Positions 12,825 through 26,051 of a stretch of DNA of 64,000 nt are shown here, one piece after another. The stretch's first letter is position 1; each line of letters starts with the position of its first letter. The notes beneath the pieces were generated by a model, which saw nothing but the letters and a program-made list of their open reading frames with translations, was not told the origin of the DNA and searched no databases. Origin of the DNA: Callorhinchus milii (taxonomy: Eukaryota); NCBI RefSeq assembly GCF_018977255.1, contig NW_024704742.1, positions 50,160,001-50,224,000 on the forward strand, in the 5' to 3' direction. Made by a program: the position numbers and the translations under genes.

Positions 12825-13240
12825 GTGTCTACCTGGCTCAGTGGGTAGCACTCTTGCCTTGGAGTCAGGAGTTGTAGGTTTAAGGCCCACATCAGGACTT
12901 TGATCTCATATCATATTGACTGACAGTCAATGCTGGGGTTATGCTGGATTGTCAGAGATGCTGTCGTTCGGATGAGACGTTAAAACAGAGATCTGATCTA
13001 CCTTTTCAGTGGACATTAAAGATCCCACAGCACTACTTAAAAGGATAATGAAGTTTCTCCCAATGTCCTGGCCAACAATAAATTTGGTCATTTTTTTTGT
13101 GGGACAATGCTGTGTACAAACTAGTCACTGGTTTGGTTACAAAATACACAGTTACTTACACTTATATCCTATAAATTGCTTTGAGACATACTCCTGACAT
13201 ATGAAAGGTGTTATATCAAAAGGAAGGATTATTATTATTT
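12825..13240 (+). mobile_element. Deu-core SINE
   Basis: CTGGCTCAGTGGGTAGCACTCTTGCC..., CGGATGAGACGTTAAA and GTGGACATTAAAGATCCCA, with an (ATT)n tail. Confidence 0.8.
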
Positions 13241-14064
13241 TTTTAAATAGTCTTTTTAAATATGTTCTGTGAATCAATTTGAGACATCTCAATGACAAGA
13301 TAAGGCCCTATATCAAATGCAAGGATTATTATTATTTACTAAGATTTTGGGGATATTATGTGTTTAGTTCACATAAACATGATCCTCCAAAACCTTGACA
13401 CTGCAATAAAAATATTCCATATAGTTCATTCAGCCAAGCAATAGGCTAGAATCATAATGGGTCTTCTCAGCCTTTCACCCTTGTAAGGTAGATAGAATTA
13501 GGCCAAATGTGTGTGTGTAAAAAAAAATTATCTGTGAAGGAAAGAGAAGCAGGGTCTCTTTTGGTTGAACTTGTGGTGAGNAAAAAACCTTAATGACCTT
13601 ATGGTTAATCAGCCTGCCTGGCTCATCAATTAGACTTGGAAGTTTAGACATCTTCTGAATCATAGCAGCCAAAGCCCAAATGATTAGCGAAATCTCAGCA
13701 GTATAAGTACCGTGAAATGTATTGCATAGGTTACCACTTCTTTTGACACACAACAATACTCCAGAGATCAATGCTTAAAATATGCAGCTCTTAAAATCCT
13801 TACTCATAATGCATTACTCTATTCTATAAGCAAAAAATTTTGAGTGGAATGAAACTGTCATGAGTTCAGCGAGGTTGCTTCCTAAATGTACTCCATGTAT
13901 AAGTCAGCACATGGTTGAGTCTTGCATCACCACAATTGTTAAATGGACCGTAGTCTAAAATAGTTTCCAGCATGTACCAAAACACTGACCTCTTGTCAAG
14001 TATTTGAAAATGTCTATGGAAGTTAGTCTAAGGATTTTGGGCAATATAACTATACTACACAATA

Positions 14065-14430
14065 TAATTTACATTTATATAGCAGATGTCTGGAGAACAT
14101 CTCAAAGCACTTAATACTGCTGGTTCAGCATCCGAGCTTGGGATAGGAGCTGAATGGGATGGGGAAAGGTGATCAAAACTACGGTCAAAGACACAGACCT
14201 TGAATAAAGTGAAGGAGCAAGTGAGTCAGAGGTACTCCATAATCAAGTTCAGAGACCAGGGGTAGAATGGCTGAAAGCTTTTCCCCCGATGCTGGGAAAG
14301 ATATGGTGGGGGATATCAAGCAGGCTGGTTTACAATGACCAAAAGAAGCAGCCAGCTCAGTAGGGTTGAAGGAGGTCATAAAGTGGAGGGGGTGAGACCC
14401 TGGATGGATCTGAAGGTAAGAATCTTGAAT
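14065..14430 (-). mobile_element. Old L2 3' fragment
   Basis: Divergent match to the L2 3' region (gagttccagag..ggctgaaagc..gaatcttgaa). Confidence 0.55.
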
Positions 14431-14921
14431 TTATATCAGTATGAAGCCTTGGTAACTCTCTTTGTACTTTTACAGCTGGGACTACACTAATCCATTAAAG
14501 GCCAAGTCATGAATGCAACGCCAACTCTCACTGATGACCCACCAGCAATGCCTGCAGGTGTGTCTCCTCAGAGTCAATTTTACCTCAAGGTCACTCTTGC
14601 CGATCTCCCTCCCTGCCTCTTCTCAAAAGTGAATCCAACAGGAATTGAGGATAGAACCCTTTGACTCCAAATTACTTGCTCATTCCAAGATGACTGGAGC
14701 AATATTAGTGGGGTAGAAAAATAACAGAAGATAGCAGAAAAGCAGAAAAAATGGCCCATCATAAACTCCTATACGCAAATTGACCCCGATATCACACAAT
14801 CATCACGCTGTCAAACTACAGCTTTGTTAAGCTCAGTAATGTCTGTTTAACGCATTGCAAACAATTTAAGTTCAGTAAAATAATTAGTAGATCTACATGT
14901 GAATAATACATTAGCACTTAC

Positions 14922-14989
14922 CATGTCAGTGTCTGAAACAGGGCCAAAGCTTGTGACATAGATGTCTGTCTCCACTTCGGTTACTCTCT
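14922..14989 (-). CDS. gabra2: gabra2 coding exon (68 nt): (E)[22 protein letters not shown]
   Basis: Minus strand reads ttattatatcag|AGAGAGTAACCGAAGTG...ACTGACATG|gtaagt. The 68-nt size and phase 1-to-0 match the conserved alpha-subunit exon. Confidence 0.96.
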
Positions 14990-15812
14990 CTGATATAATA
15001 AAAACATTATTTAAGAAGTCTGCAAACTAATCTGGTTCAGCTTAAACTCTATGCAAAAAAGTTCCATTTATTTATATACTCCAGCATTCCCATCCACACA
15101 CTGTGAGCTTTTCCACTGAATTCTGCTCATGCTTCGCTTGTCCTATATTTCATGCCATGTTATGGGACAAGTTGTCATTATACACAAAATGCTTGAATTG
15201 AAGATCACAGAACAAGTAATCCTTGTGTTTGATAAAGGGCCTTATCGCATCATTGAAATGTCCCTACGAGCTTCACAGGATTTATTGTAAAGTGCAAAGA
15301 CTGGGTATTTGTCGACCAATTAAGAAGGATGTCTTCTGGTTGTGATTTTCAGGTGAAATTACGATGTTTCATAAAATATATTGTAGTTATCAAATCTGTT
15401 ATAAAATATCACAATTTACTATTCATTCATAAAGATTGGCTTCTGGGGGAATCCTCGCAACAATTTACACACAATGGTTGAGTTGAATTATTTCCATATT
15501 GTTTTATTTTTTTGATTGGTAATCTTCAGAATAGCTTCATAAGAAATGGGCTTAAATCATTCAGGATGTGGTATTCAATTAGCAAATGTAGTATTCAAAT
15601 AGCAACGCTGGGGTCAAACGATTGTAGTTCACGTGCTGGAATACAAGATGGCTCAATACAAAAGACAGCGCGAGCTTAAGACACAACCATTGTGGCAATG
15701 TCGTGTGATGTTCAAACTGTGACCTCTCTATAGGCAGAGATGGTAAAATAAATTGTTTCATATTCGATATGATGACATTTCACTTTTCTTGTGTATTAAA
15801 TTACAAAGCACT

Positions 15813-17190
15813 AGGTCAGCCTGGCTAGGTTGGTAGCATTCTCACCTCTGAGTTGAGCAGACGACACCCAACTCTATATTTCCACCTCACATTGCGACCA
15901 CCAGTCCCTGATGTTCTGTCAGCCTGCCTGTCTGATATCAGGAGCTGGATGAGTGTGAATTTCCTTCAGCTGAATGTTGGCAAGACAGAAGCCATACTCT
16001 TTGGCTCTCGTCAACATCTAAAATCTCATGATTCTCACCTCCTCCACTTACCCGACCGCCCCTTAAAACTCTCCGAACCCATACGCAACCTAGGCTTCAG
16101 GTTCGACCCCCAATTATGCTTCCTCCCCCACATCCGGTCCCTTACCAGCACCGCGTTCTTCAACCTCCGACACATGCCCGTCTCCGCCAATACCTCACTC
16201 CAAAAGCCGCTGAAACTCTGGTCCATGCCTTTGTCACCTCTCGGGTGCACTATTCAAATGCCCTCCTCGCCGGTCTCCCCTTCACTACCATTCACAAAAT
16301 CCAGGTCATCCAAAACTCTGCCGCCCGCATTCTTACCCGCACCAAACTCTGCTCCCCGATCACCCCAGTCCTTTGTAGACTGCACTGGCTGCCTATCCCA
16401 GAGAGGATCGACTTCAAGATCCTCACCCTTGTTTTCAAATCCCTCCACTCCTTTGCACCGCCCTACCTCTCTGACCTTCTCTCTCCTCACAACATTGCTT
16501 GTTGCCTTCGCTCGGGTTTGACCTACTCCTTGTCCTTCGAATCCTCCGCTCCACCCTCGGCGGCCGTGCCTTCAGCCACTACGCCCTGAGACTCTGGAAT
16601 GTCCTTCCTCACTCCTTTCGCCTCGCCCCCTCTCTTCCTATTTTCAGGTCTCGGCTGAAGACCTTTCTTTTCGACCGTGCCTTTGGTCACCTTCCTCCCC
16701 CTCCCCCTGGCTTGGCCCCGGGATCCGTTACTGTGAAGCGCTCTGAGACGCCGTGCAGCGTGGAGGGCGCTATATAAATCCAAGTTGCTGTTGTTGAGTC
16801 AGAAGGTTGTGGGTTCAAGCCCCACATCAGGACTTGGAACTCACATAGTTTAATGTAACACTACAATTCAGTGCTGGGGGAGCGTTCTCAGTGGTGCCAT
16901 CCTTTGGATGAGATGCCAAGCTGAGCTCTCATCTGCGTGATCAGGGGATGTTCAAGGTTCCATGGCGCTATTCAAGAAGCCATTTGCTCCTAGTGCCTGG
17001 CCAACAATCCCCCATATAAAATTGGTATTTCATTTCATGGCTGTTTGTGGGATACTGCTGTACACAAATTGGTTGCTACATTCACCTACAAAATACACAT
17101 TCACTACACTCTTCAGTCATTCTTGGGATGCGCCACAAAAACGTTTTCCAGGCATGAAAGGTGCTATAACGAATAATAACATTCCTTGCA
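15813..17190 (+). mobile_element. Deu-core SINE split by an L2 insertion (pieces 15813-15853 and 16795-17190)
   Basis: The head GGTCAGCCTGGCTAGGTTGGTAGCATTCTCACCTCTGAGT continues as TGAGTCAGAAGGTTGTGGGTTCAAGCCCC after the L2. Confidence 0.85.
15854..16794 (+). mobile_element. Young L2, 5'-truncated at the (Y)ADDTQL motif
   Basis: Starts GCAGACGACACCCAACTC and encodes CLSDIRSWMSVNFLQLNVGKTE and LHWLPIPERIDFKIL. It has a complete tail and a TGAGT TSD. Confidence 0.95.
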
Positions 17191-17744
17191 TTTAATGTAG
17201 GAATCATTGTTATCATCATCACAGAAATGGGATATACCAGAAAAAAAATGTTTCAGTTTGCTTATATGTTTCCCTATATGGCTCATTGAGAGCGCAGTGT
17301 ACCCATATTTAGTAGAGACAGGCAATAAAGTTTCTACATTAAATACTTTGGATAGCTTCAGCCCATTCTTGCAGTGGCAGTTTGATACAAATTGGCACTA
17401 AATTGGCAATAACACTTAGGGAAGCCATAATTATGGTGGGAAGTGGAAAAATCTACTCTGCTGTAAGTAGGAGGTGTTTTTCAAACTATTTGTCTGACTT
17501 TTGTGAGGTCGTGAGGTAATAGCTCTCACTTAGATCTGCAGAAGCTGAGCATTATTTTTCGACACTGTGGGGTTGAAAAGCACTCTTCTTGAAAGCAGGA
17601 CCATTACAAGTGCCTCATAGTCGAGAAAGCCTTTTGCAATGTAAACTATATTTTCCTCAGAGGAATCCCATCTACTTCATGACTTTGACCCCAGCTCATG
17701 AGACTTTGGCTCTGATGAGATCTTGGGTCAGAAGCAATTTAAGA

Positions 17745-17995
17745 TAGTTAGTAAGCAAGGAAGAGGGAGGTTAGGAGAATGTTTTTCACACACAGAGTAG
17801 TTAGGTTATGGAAGGCCCTGCCGGGAGAGGTGGTTGATGCAGTGACCATCTTGGCCTTCAAGAAGGACCTAGACAAATACTTTGGAAAGACTCAGCTGCA
17901 GGGATATGAGGAAAAGGCAGGTAAATGGAGATGAAAGGATTGCTCAGGATGGAACCTGCGTAGACACTTTCTTCTGTGCCATACATTTCTATGCT
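17745..17995 (+). mobile_element. CR1 3' end
   Basis: Encodes FFTHRVVRLWKALPGEVVDA..FKKDLDKY, followed by a short CR1 3' UTR ending ...tttctatgcttc. Confidence 0.8.
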
Positions 17996-18044
17996 TCCAT
18001 GGAACCGCGGTCCCACAAATTGAGGTGACATATCAATACATTAA

Positions 18045-18375
18045 AAAATTATATTTGTATAGCACCTTTCACATTGGGAGGAAGTCCCAAGGCGCTGGAC
18101 AGTCAGGGATTTGGACCCGAGCTGGAGATCGGGATTGGGGAGGGTGGAGGGCAGGGCAGGTGAGAGGGTGGCCGAAGGCTCGGTCGAAGAGGAGGGTTTT
18201 GAGACACGCTTTCAAGGAGGCAAGGGAGAGAGTGAGGCAAAGAGAATGTGAGTTTCTTAGGGTGGGGGCAGAAAGGCTGAAGGCCTGACCACCAATGGTG
18301 GGGCAGGCCGGACCGGGGACGTGGAGAAGGCCACAGCCTGCTGAGCGGAGGGAGCAGATAGGGTTTAGCAGGTAG
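18045..18375 (-). mobile_element. L2 3' fragment
   Basis: TIGGQAFSLSAPTL..LKTLLFDRAF plus the tail. Confidence 0.85.
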
Positions 18376-19939
18376 AAACGTGACCGCCTCAGTGAAGATG
18401 GGGTCCACTTGTTTGATGCCCAATGAGAACATGACAACTTGAAGTGGTGCATCTGTTCCATTTAAATGCACTAAATTTCCATATGTTACTGGGTACAGTT
18501 GTGACCATGATTTTTCAAATCAAAACTCCATTTACGTTTTGGCTGCAGGTGTTATTGGCATCTCTGAATATTCTGAAGCAATAATTTAGCAATGTATATC
18601 AGAAGTCAATATTTGCTTATTATTCATCAAGCACTTTTGCTTCTCACAACCCACTCGTCACTTACCATAAATTGTAAAACTAAACAGATGTTAATCCCCT
18701 TGATTTCATGCCTGCAAGACATGCATTAATTACCTAACAACCTATATTCTATGTATGGAATACAAAGTAACCAGAATTCATGGATTTAATAGCAAGAGAC
18801 TCTAGTTTGTTCTACAAATGGTGTGCAATTTTCTGCAACGCCATTTTATTCAATTGGGCCATTTACAAAAGTCAGCAAATACAGATCAAGCATCGTCTTT
18901 GTCAAGGTTCTTTGTAAAAACCCCATATCCACTCCAGAGGCTCCAGGTGCGATACATTGTCTAAACATTCATGAACTCGTAAAGTATTATATTTTGTAAA
19001 ATATACTTTCTTTTTAAATGCTTTCCAGTTTGTTTGCTAAGTTAATTGAAAGATGTGTTTGATGCATTAAAATGGATTTAACAGATACTGGGAGTTATTG
19101 TATGCTTGTCAGTAAATTTAATGATCTTGACATTGAGTGGATATTATTTTCTACTCGCTGACAAAATTACCATTCTTACATAAGCGTACAATACCAGTTC
19201 AGCCAATTCATCAACACGTGGGGAATCTTTTACACTGAGAACCAAGGTTGGGATATCCTGACGTGAAAGGCACTATACAAATGTAATTTTATTGTTGTTG
19301 TTACTATAATTGTCTTTTTTTGCAAGATAAGGAAAGTCTTCCTTTCATAGGAATAACCCAAGAGAAATCTTCTTCAACCAGCAAGAGAATGGGGTTTGAT
19401 TTTCAATATTCATAGCAGGAACATTATATAAAGGATTGTATAGATACTCAGGCTGACTCTGAAACTCCAATCAGATATCAATATCTGTCAGGTTCCATAA
19501 GCCTCATTTAATCTTAAGTTGTCTTTATGGAAATCTAACCAAATATTGGAGCTCCCGAGTGTCAGCTTCAGACACATCCGATACCTCCAGGATTTGCTAT
19601 TTACAAATACATTTGCAAAAATCGCAAATTAGATCCCTATATTTCCAAAGTACAGAAATATACATTAATAATGAAGTGGTCTGAAACAAATCTCAGTGTG
19701 ATAATTTTATGTGTATTAGAGAATACATTGAGATGGGGTTAGTAAAAAATAATACTCTGTACAATATATGGTGTTTTCTCCTGTGGTTTTGAAAGGTAAT
19801 GCATCTGTCTGAATTTCTCAATCTTATCCTGCTCCAGATAATTGTTCTCAATTATTTTAATTCCTCTTTCTTTCATCTTACATTAACTCTGCAACATTGG
19901 TACAGGATGAGGCCATTCAACCCAGAGAGCATGTTCCAC

Positions 19940-20390
19940 TACAACAATGCAATACAAATTTATATGTTGCCTTTCACATCAGGAGGACATCTCAAGCCCC
20001 TTGTCAGTACTGACTTGGCACCCGAGCTGGGTTTGGGAGCCGAGGAGGTGGGGAGGGGAAAGATAACAGTCAAAGAGGAAGATCTTGAGATGGACATTGA
20101 AAGATGTGAGGGTCTAAGTCAGAGAGATTCTGAGATTGAGTTCCAGAGGGTAGAGTTTTATCGGTTGAAAGCCCAAAAGCTGATGAGGGAACGGTTGGGT
20201 GGGGAGCATGAAAACAGGCTGTTGCCCGCTAAGCAAACAAAGATACGGTTTGAGGAGGTTGCAGAGGTATAGTTGGGCAAGACCATGGAGAGATTTGAAG
20301 GTGAAAATGAGGATCTTGAACTTAATCTGCTGGGAGATCGGGAGACAACTGAGCCAGACAAAGATGGGGGTGATAGTCTTGTGTTCTACT
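19940..20390 (-). mobile_element. L2 3' fragment (older)
   Basis: LPISQQIKFKILIFTFKSLHGLA plus the tail. Confidence 0.8.
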
Positions 20391-21734
20391 GGCTTAATAA
20401 AAGATGGCAATTTTTAAAAATCCCATTTCACCGCCTTTCCCCATAGCCCCTTGTAATCTTACTTCCCAAATATTTACCTATCTCTCATTTAAATATCCAA
20501 ATCATTCTGCCTCGACAGCCTTCTGGGGCAGTGCATCTCACATTCTCAAAACCCTTCTCCATTTCGTCTTTCTCTACATAATGGTAAAACTAGTTTAAAA
20601 ATAAAGGCTATATTATAAACAGTCATCAATTAGATGTTAATTTTATCAATGGTTCAGTAGGTTAGACCATATTCCTTTTTGTTTTAGGGCCTGGATATGA
20701 ATAGAGCTCAGACCAATAGAAGGAAGTCTCCTCACTCTGCTGGTCGTGTGGATCCTTAAGTGAGTCTGGAAAACTCAACACTTCGCGGATTCAAATCAAT
20801 AGCACAAAACTGTCTCTAATTTGACACTAATTGAATAAAATTGTTCGTCACATTCAAAGAAGCCACAAGGAGTGTTAGATGCTGACACAAGGTCCTGACT
20901 TTTATTCTTCAGCAGTGACATGCCTCTCACTCATTTACTCTTGTGATGCTCATCCATTTGACACTGATCCATTTGATTGTTAAAAAGTGCAGTAGATACC
21001 TAACAGTGAGGTTTTCAAGTTGCTATTCAGTGTGGGGCTTTTGCTGACTTTCATAAATCACTCGAATGTCATCCAGACCTTTCGACTGAATTATTTCAGT
21101 GCACCTCTTCCATCCCTTCATTATACAATATTTAGTGCCTAGAAAATGCTTGATATTACATTAATCCTTTGGTAGAGCAAATTTCCTTCTCAACCACATT
21201 GCTAATGCACCTTGAAATTCAGTGGAATCTACATTCCCACAAGTAGCCATCAATAAATTGTGAAGATCTAAGATAAGCAAAAGAAACCCCATGAATTCCA
21301 TTGTCCCTACCTGGTTTTTCTACATGGATCATAATCACAATGTGTGGTGTGTTAATTGAACACCACTGAAAAAGAAACCAGTTGATGTGTTGGTCTGTGT
21401 GTGTTGGAAGCAGAACCTCTTTCCCTCCTCCTCCCTCCTATAAATGACCTGGTTAGCAATGGTTGTGCCCAGAAGATGGAAACACCATCCATTAGACTCC
21501 TGGCTCATGGCACTGAGCGTGATATTGGTTTATCTAAGAAATGCCAGTTAATCTGAATTATTACACTACTCAGCAACCATCATATTGGTTTAACTAAGAA
21601 ATAATATCAATTCAGTCACTATTCTTCTAACCAGCAGCCTAATTCCACTATCAGCAGTCCAATACCATTAACAGGGAGTCCAATGCTGTGAGCCGGCAGA
21701 CTGACATGCACTTCTATTGGCTACAAGACTCAAC

Positions 21735-22255
21735 TGACTCCAGACTCGACTACTCAAATTCACCAACTCCTGCCTTCATAAGCTTCAGATCGTTCAGAAC
21801 TCTGCAGTTTGTGTATTCTTCAATCCCAGTCTTCACGAGCCTATCGCCCCCATTCTCACATGGCTTCACTGGCTTCCCATCCTCCAGTGGATTGAATTCA
21901 ACAATCTTGTCCTCACTCCACAATCCCCCCACTCCCTACCAATTCAACCACCTGCAACACTACTGACCCACCTGTTTCCTCCATTAAGTAAACACTACCC
22001 TGTCCACTCTGCTCCACCACTTGTACATGAGTCTTCAGACGTTCTGTCACTGCTTTCTGGAACTTCATTCCCCTCAGTCTCTGCTTTTAAAACCTACCTA
22101 AATCTTATCTCATTGACCGTACCTTTGGGCACCTTTCTTCTCTATTCCTCAGCTTCTCCCACGCCCCCATTCAAGATTCCAATCAGCTGTGTAATGTGCT
22201 TTGAGGTGTGCTTCAGCTGTGAAAGGTGCTTTAGAAATGTAAATTGTTGATGCTG
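21735..22255 (+). mobile_element. L2 3' fragment (older)
   Basis: SRLDYSN and cactggcttccc (HWLP) motifs; tail gtgaaaggtgcttta..gttg. Confidence 0.75.
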
Positions 22256-22532
22256 TTATGAAAGTGCCTGTCTCCAGCAAACCCATGGAGCAGCTATCCA
22301 GTTAACACATTGACTGATTGTTTTTTTCAACAGCAACAACAATAACGTGCATTTATATACCACCTTACAGATCGCGATGACATCCCAAGATGCTGGGAGT
22401 TAGATTTGGGAGTGGAGGGGTGGGGACAAATGGGGTGGAAGGTGGGAAGATGACTGAAGGCATGGTCAAAGAAGAAGGTCTTCAGATGGACTTTCTCTAT
22501 TGCTATTTTTCAACAATTAGCACACCATACAA

Positions 22533-22826
22533 CATAATAATCCTTGCATTTGATGTAGCGCCTTATCACGTCGTTGAGACGACTCAAAGCGCTTCACAGA
22601 ATATACTGTAAAGTGAATTGACCTGGTATTTTGGGGTGAAATTATTTAGTGGCAGCCAATTATGCACAGCAATATCCCACAAATAGCCATGGATTGAGTA
22701 ACCAATTTTTTCTTGTGAGATTATTACTCCCAGTTTGAGATCCGTCAATCGACTAATACTCGGGTTCCTACTTACCGCTAGGTAAACAGAGTGTGTGGAG
22801 TAAGCAAACTTGCCTAAGGTTTCGCA
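22533..22826 (-). mobile_element. tRNA-derived SINE (head truncated)
   Basis: Tail and body match the 733-1065 family. Confidence 0.85.
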
Positions 22827-23759
22827 TTGCTCTATATTATGCAAGGATATTTTAAATTAAACTAAACAATTCCATTTAAAAAAAGAATCAGCTTAATAGA
22901 GAATAGAAAACCACTGAGGTTTACTTTACTCAACCATTAATGTCCAGTAATTTTAACTCACCCCTTCCAAAGATATTTTCAAGATGATGACCAGTTTCAC
23001 TTTAAGAAAATATGCAAGGTACTAAGTTATGAACCATTTCCTATGTTCGCAATAAATTATATTGGTAAAAAAAGTAATTCATTTTTAAACCCATAAATGG
23101 AAATTAAATATGCTGAATTTGGACTGCAATATATTTTAATTTTTACTAAACAGTTTAAATCATTTAAATGTAACTGATTGAAACAAATGTAAGCATTCCT
23201 TTCCTAATTTCAAGTATTCCTAATAATATTGCAGAAGGTTATAAGAAATAAAATCCATAAACATCTTTAGTACGAGCATAATGATCATTTTCTGTAAATG
23301 ATGCCAAATGCTAATTTCTTTTGTAGTTTATATGATAATGGCAGGTCTAATGTATCATTCCACACAAAAACTGTTGTAGTTAGCCATGTGTATATCTGTG
23401 CTGCAAGTATTTTAGGATGTGAAAATATGAGCACGTTGATCATGTGTCAAATCTTCTTCATATCAGTAAAGATCATATCGGTAAAAAAAATCAGCTATGT
23501 GTATGTTACCATTTCAAGCCTTGGCATCTCAATGGTGCCTCCAGCACACATGAGGGAGAAGGGGAACTGAGGAGAATGGGAGAAGGAATGGGGAAGTGTG
23601 GAGGATCATGTAGAGTACAAACACTAGCATGGACTAGGTGAATCGAACTAATTGTTTCTATGCTATATAGTCCAAATAATTCTATGTATAACTTTTTTTT
23701 TTAAAAAACCCTCGTCTCTTTGACAACTGATATTCCTTTGCTCGGCTCTGGGGGGGACT

Positions 23760-24420
23760 GGAGCTTGTGTATGGAGGAGCTTAGGTGTCAAGCGAGCAAA
23801 GCATTCAAATAGTCAAGCCTGGACATAATGAAGACATGTACAAGGGTCTCGGCAAACCGGGAGAGCAACCAATGTTGCAAAGGTGAGGGAAAGCAGAGCA
23901 AGGGAGAGCCCAGATGTAGGACTTAAAGGTCAGTAAGGGTCAAAAACGATATTGAGATTTCACATTGGCTCCATGAGATGGAGTGTGTATCTGTGCAGAT
24001 CGATGCAGTGAGTGGCTGGGGTGTGATGATGTTGACAGGAGTCAAGCAGGAGAACTTCAATCTTGCTGACATTCAGCTGAAGAAAGGTAGAACTCATCAA
24101 GGACTTAATGTCTGACAGGCAATCGGTCAGAACAGCAGTGGTCGAGAGTAGAGGGAGAGAGATGAAGTTAGGTTCATCTATATCACATGTGGAAATGGAT
24201 CCCACACTTACGGATGATATAACCAAGGGGGAATGAATAGGAGAAGATTGAGGATAAAGCCCTGAAGAATGTTTCGAGTCACTATGCGATGCAGGAGGAA
24301 ATCCATCTGAAGAGATGAAGTGAAGACTCTGGGATAGTTAAGAGTACAACAAGGAGAGTACAGAATTATGGAGAAGAGAAATATTGAAGAAAGATAAAAT
24401 GATAGATGGGGAGGGTGTAA
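23760..24420 (-). mobile_element. Old L2 internal (RT) fragment
   Basis: AVLTDCLSDIKSLMSSTFLQLNVSKIE in the ORF track. Confidence 0.75.
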
Positions 24421-25189
24421 TGGAGAAAGAGGCAGCTGAGCAGATCCTGCTCAATTTCGGATCTAAAGAGGTACTTGAAGTCCTAGTATTTGAAGTTGGA
24501 GGATGAAAGGAGCATAGGCTGGAGGGCAGAGGAGATGGTGGAGAAGAGGATATGGATATGGAAAAAAGGAAGGTAAATGGGACTTAGAGAATTGTTCTTT
24601 ATAAGAGTCACCACAGAAATGATGGGTCAAATGGCCTTCTGTGCTATACATTTCTGTTTCTATTGTCTTTGGTCTCCAGGCCAAAATATACTTTGAGTGC
24701 TGAGTTTTTTTTTTGTGCTCAGATAATAAACATGGTTTTCCCATTTGCCTGTTGTGTCATATTAATCATTATCGGAACTTTACTGCCACAGTAATTATCA
24801 TTTCCCTTGCATTTGATATAGCACCTTTCTCGTGAGGAGGTTATCTCAAAGCACTTCACGGCATATTTTTTAAGTAGTGTATTTTGTGGGTGAACATTTA
24901 TTATTTATTATTATTTATTTAGAGGTGACGTCCAAGCACCTTGGGTCTTCCTCCCAACATGAATGGGCTATACAAATGTAATTTTGTTGGTGTGATGTTT
25001 AACCTGTATAAATCGTTAGTTAGACAACAACAACAAAATTACATATGAATAGCACCTTTCACCATAGTTAGCATAACGGGTTCCAGGTATCCGGAATTCT
25101 AACCTAGCCAGGCCAGGCCCAAAACCTAATTTTTTAAAAAATCTGAAGACCAAAAATGTTTGCAGGTCCACGTGTAGACTGTTTCTATC

Positions 25190-25505
25190 TCTCCATACTC
25201 ATCTCTCCTCACAGCACTACCTGCTGTCTCCACTCTAGTGGCTCCAGCTCCTCCATGTCCCTCGAATCCTCTGCTCCACCATCGCCAGCCATGCCTTCAG
25301 CCACTCCGCCCCGAGCTATGGGACGCCTTCCCTCAATCCCTTCCCCTTGCCTCCTCTTTTCAGGTAGCACCTGATGGCCTTCCTTTTCGACCGTGTCTAT
25401 GGTCACCTTCCACCTCCCCAGCTCAGCATCAGGTTCCATCATTGTTAAGTGCTCTGACGCAGCCAACATGGAAGGAGCTATATAAATACAAGTTGTTGTT
25501 GTTGT
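25190..25505 (+). mobile_element. L2 3' fragment
   Basis: Matches the L2 3' region and ends gctatataaatacaagttgttgttgttg. Confidence 0.85.
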
Positions 25506-25769
25506 AGACTCCCTATCTCTCCTATCCTAACTTTCATAACGTGTACCAACTGAGCAGCCTCACCATCCTTGTTGGCCTTCACAGTGGCCAGGGATATTGA
25601 CTTTGACTCAGATCGTTTGAATTCCATGAACAGAAAATAGCTTATTCACTAACTTCTGCTCACGGGATTCAAACAATTTGAGCGTCAGTACCGGTATTGT
25701 AATTAGACTTAGCCGGAAGTTTAAATATATTGTGTCAAGTTTTGTCACCGAACTTTAAGAAAGATGTTA

Positions 25770-26051
25770 ACAATAATAATAATCCTTGCATTTGATATAG
25801 TGCCTTATCACGTTGTCGAGACATCTCAAAGGTCTTCACAGAAAATACTGTAAAGTGGACTGTATATTTTGCTCAACAGCTAATTATGTACAGCAAAGTT
25901 CCACAAACCAGCGTGGATTGAGTAACCAAATTATTATATATTTTTTAAATGGATTATTCCCCCCAGAAAGCGATCTGCCAATTGACTAACAACCAGGAAT
26001 CAAGCCCAGGTTGCGAGACAATTGCTCTAAACAATACCCTGCAGGACTCCC
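25770..26051 (-). mobile_element. tRNA-derived SINE (internally deleted)
   Basis: Tail aataataatccttgcatttgatatag through head ...gcaggactccc. Confidence 0.8.

Noticed and set aside
13581..13581. Single N base
   Set aside because: Assembly ambiguity, not a biological feature.
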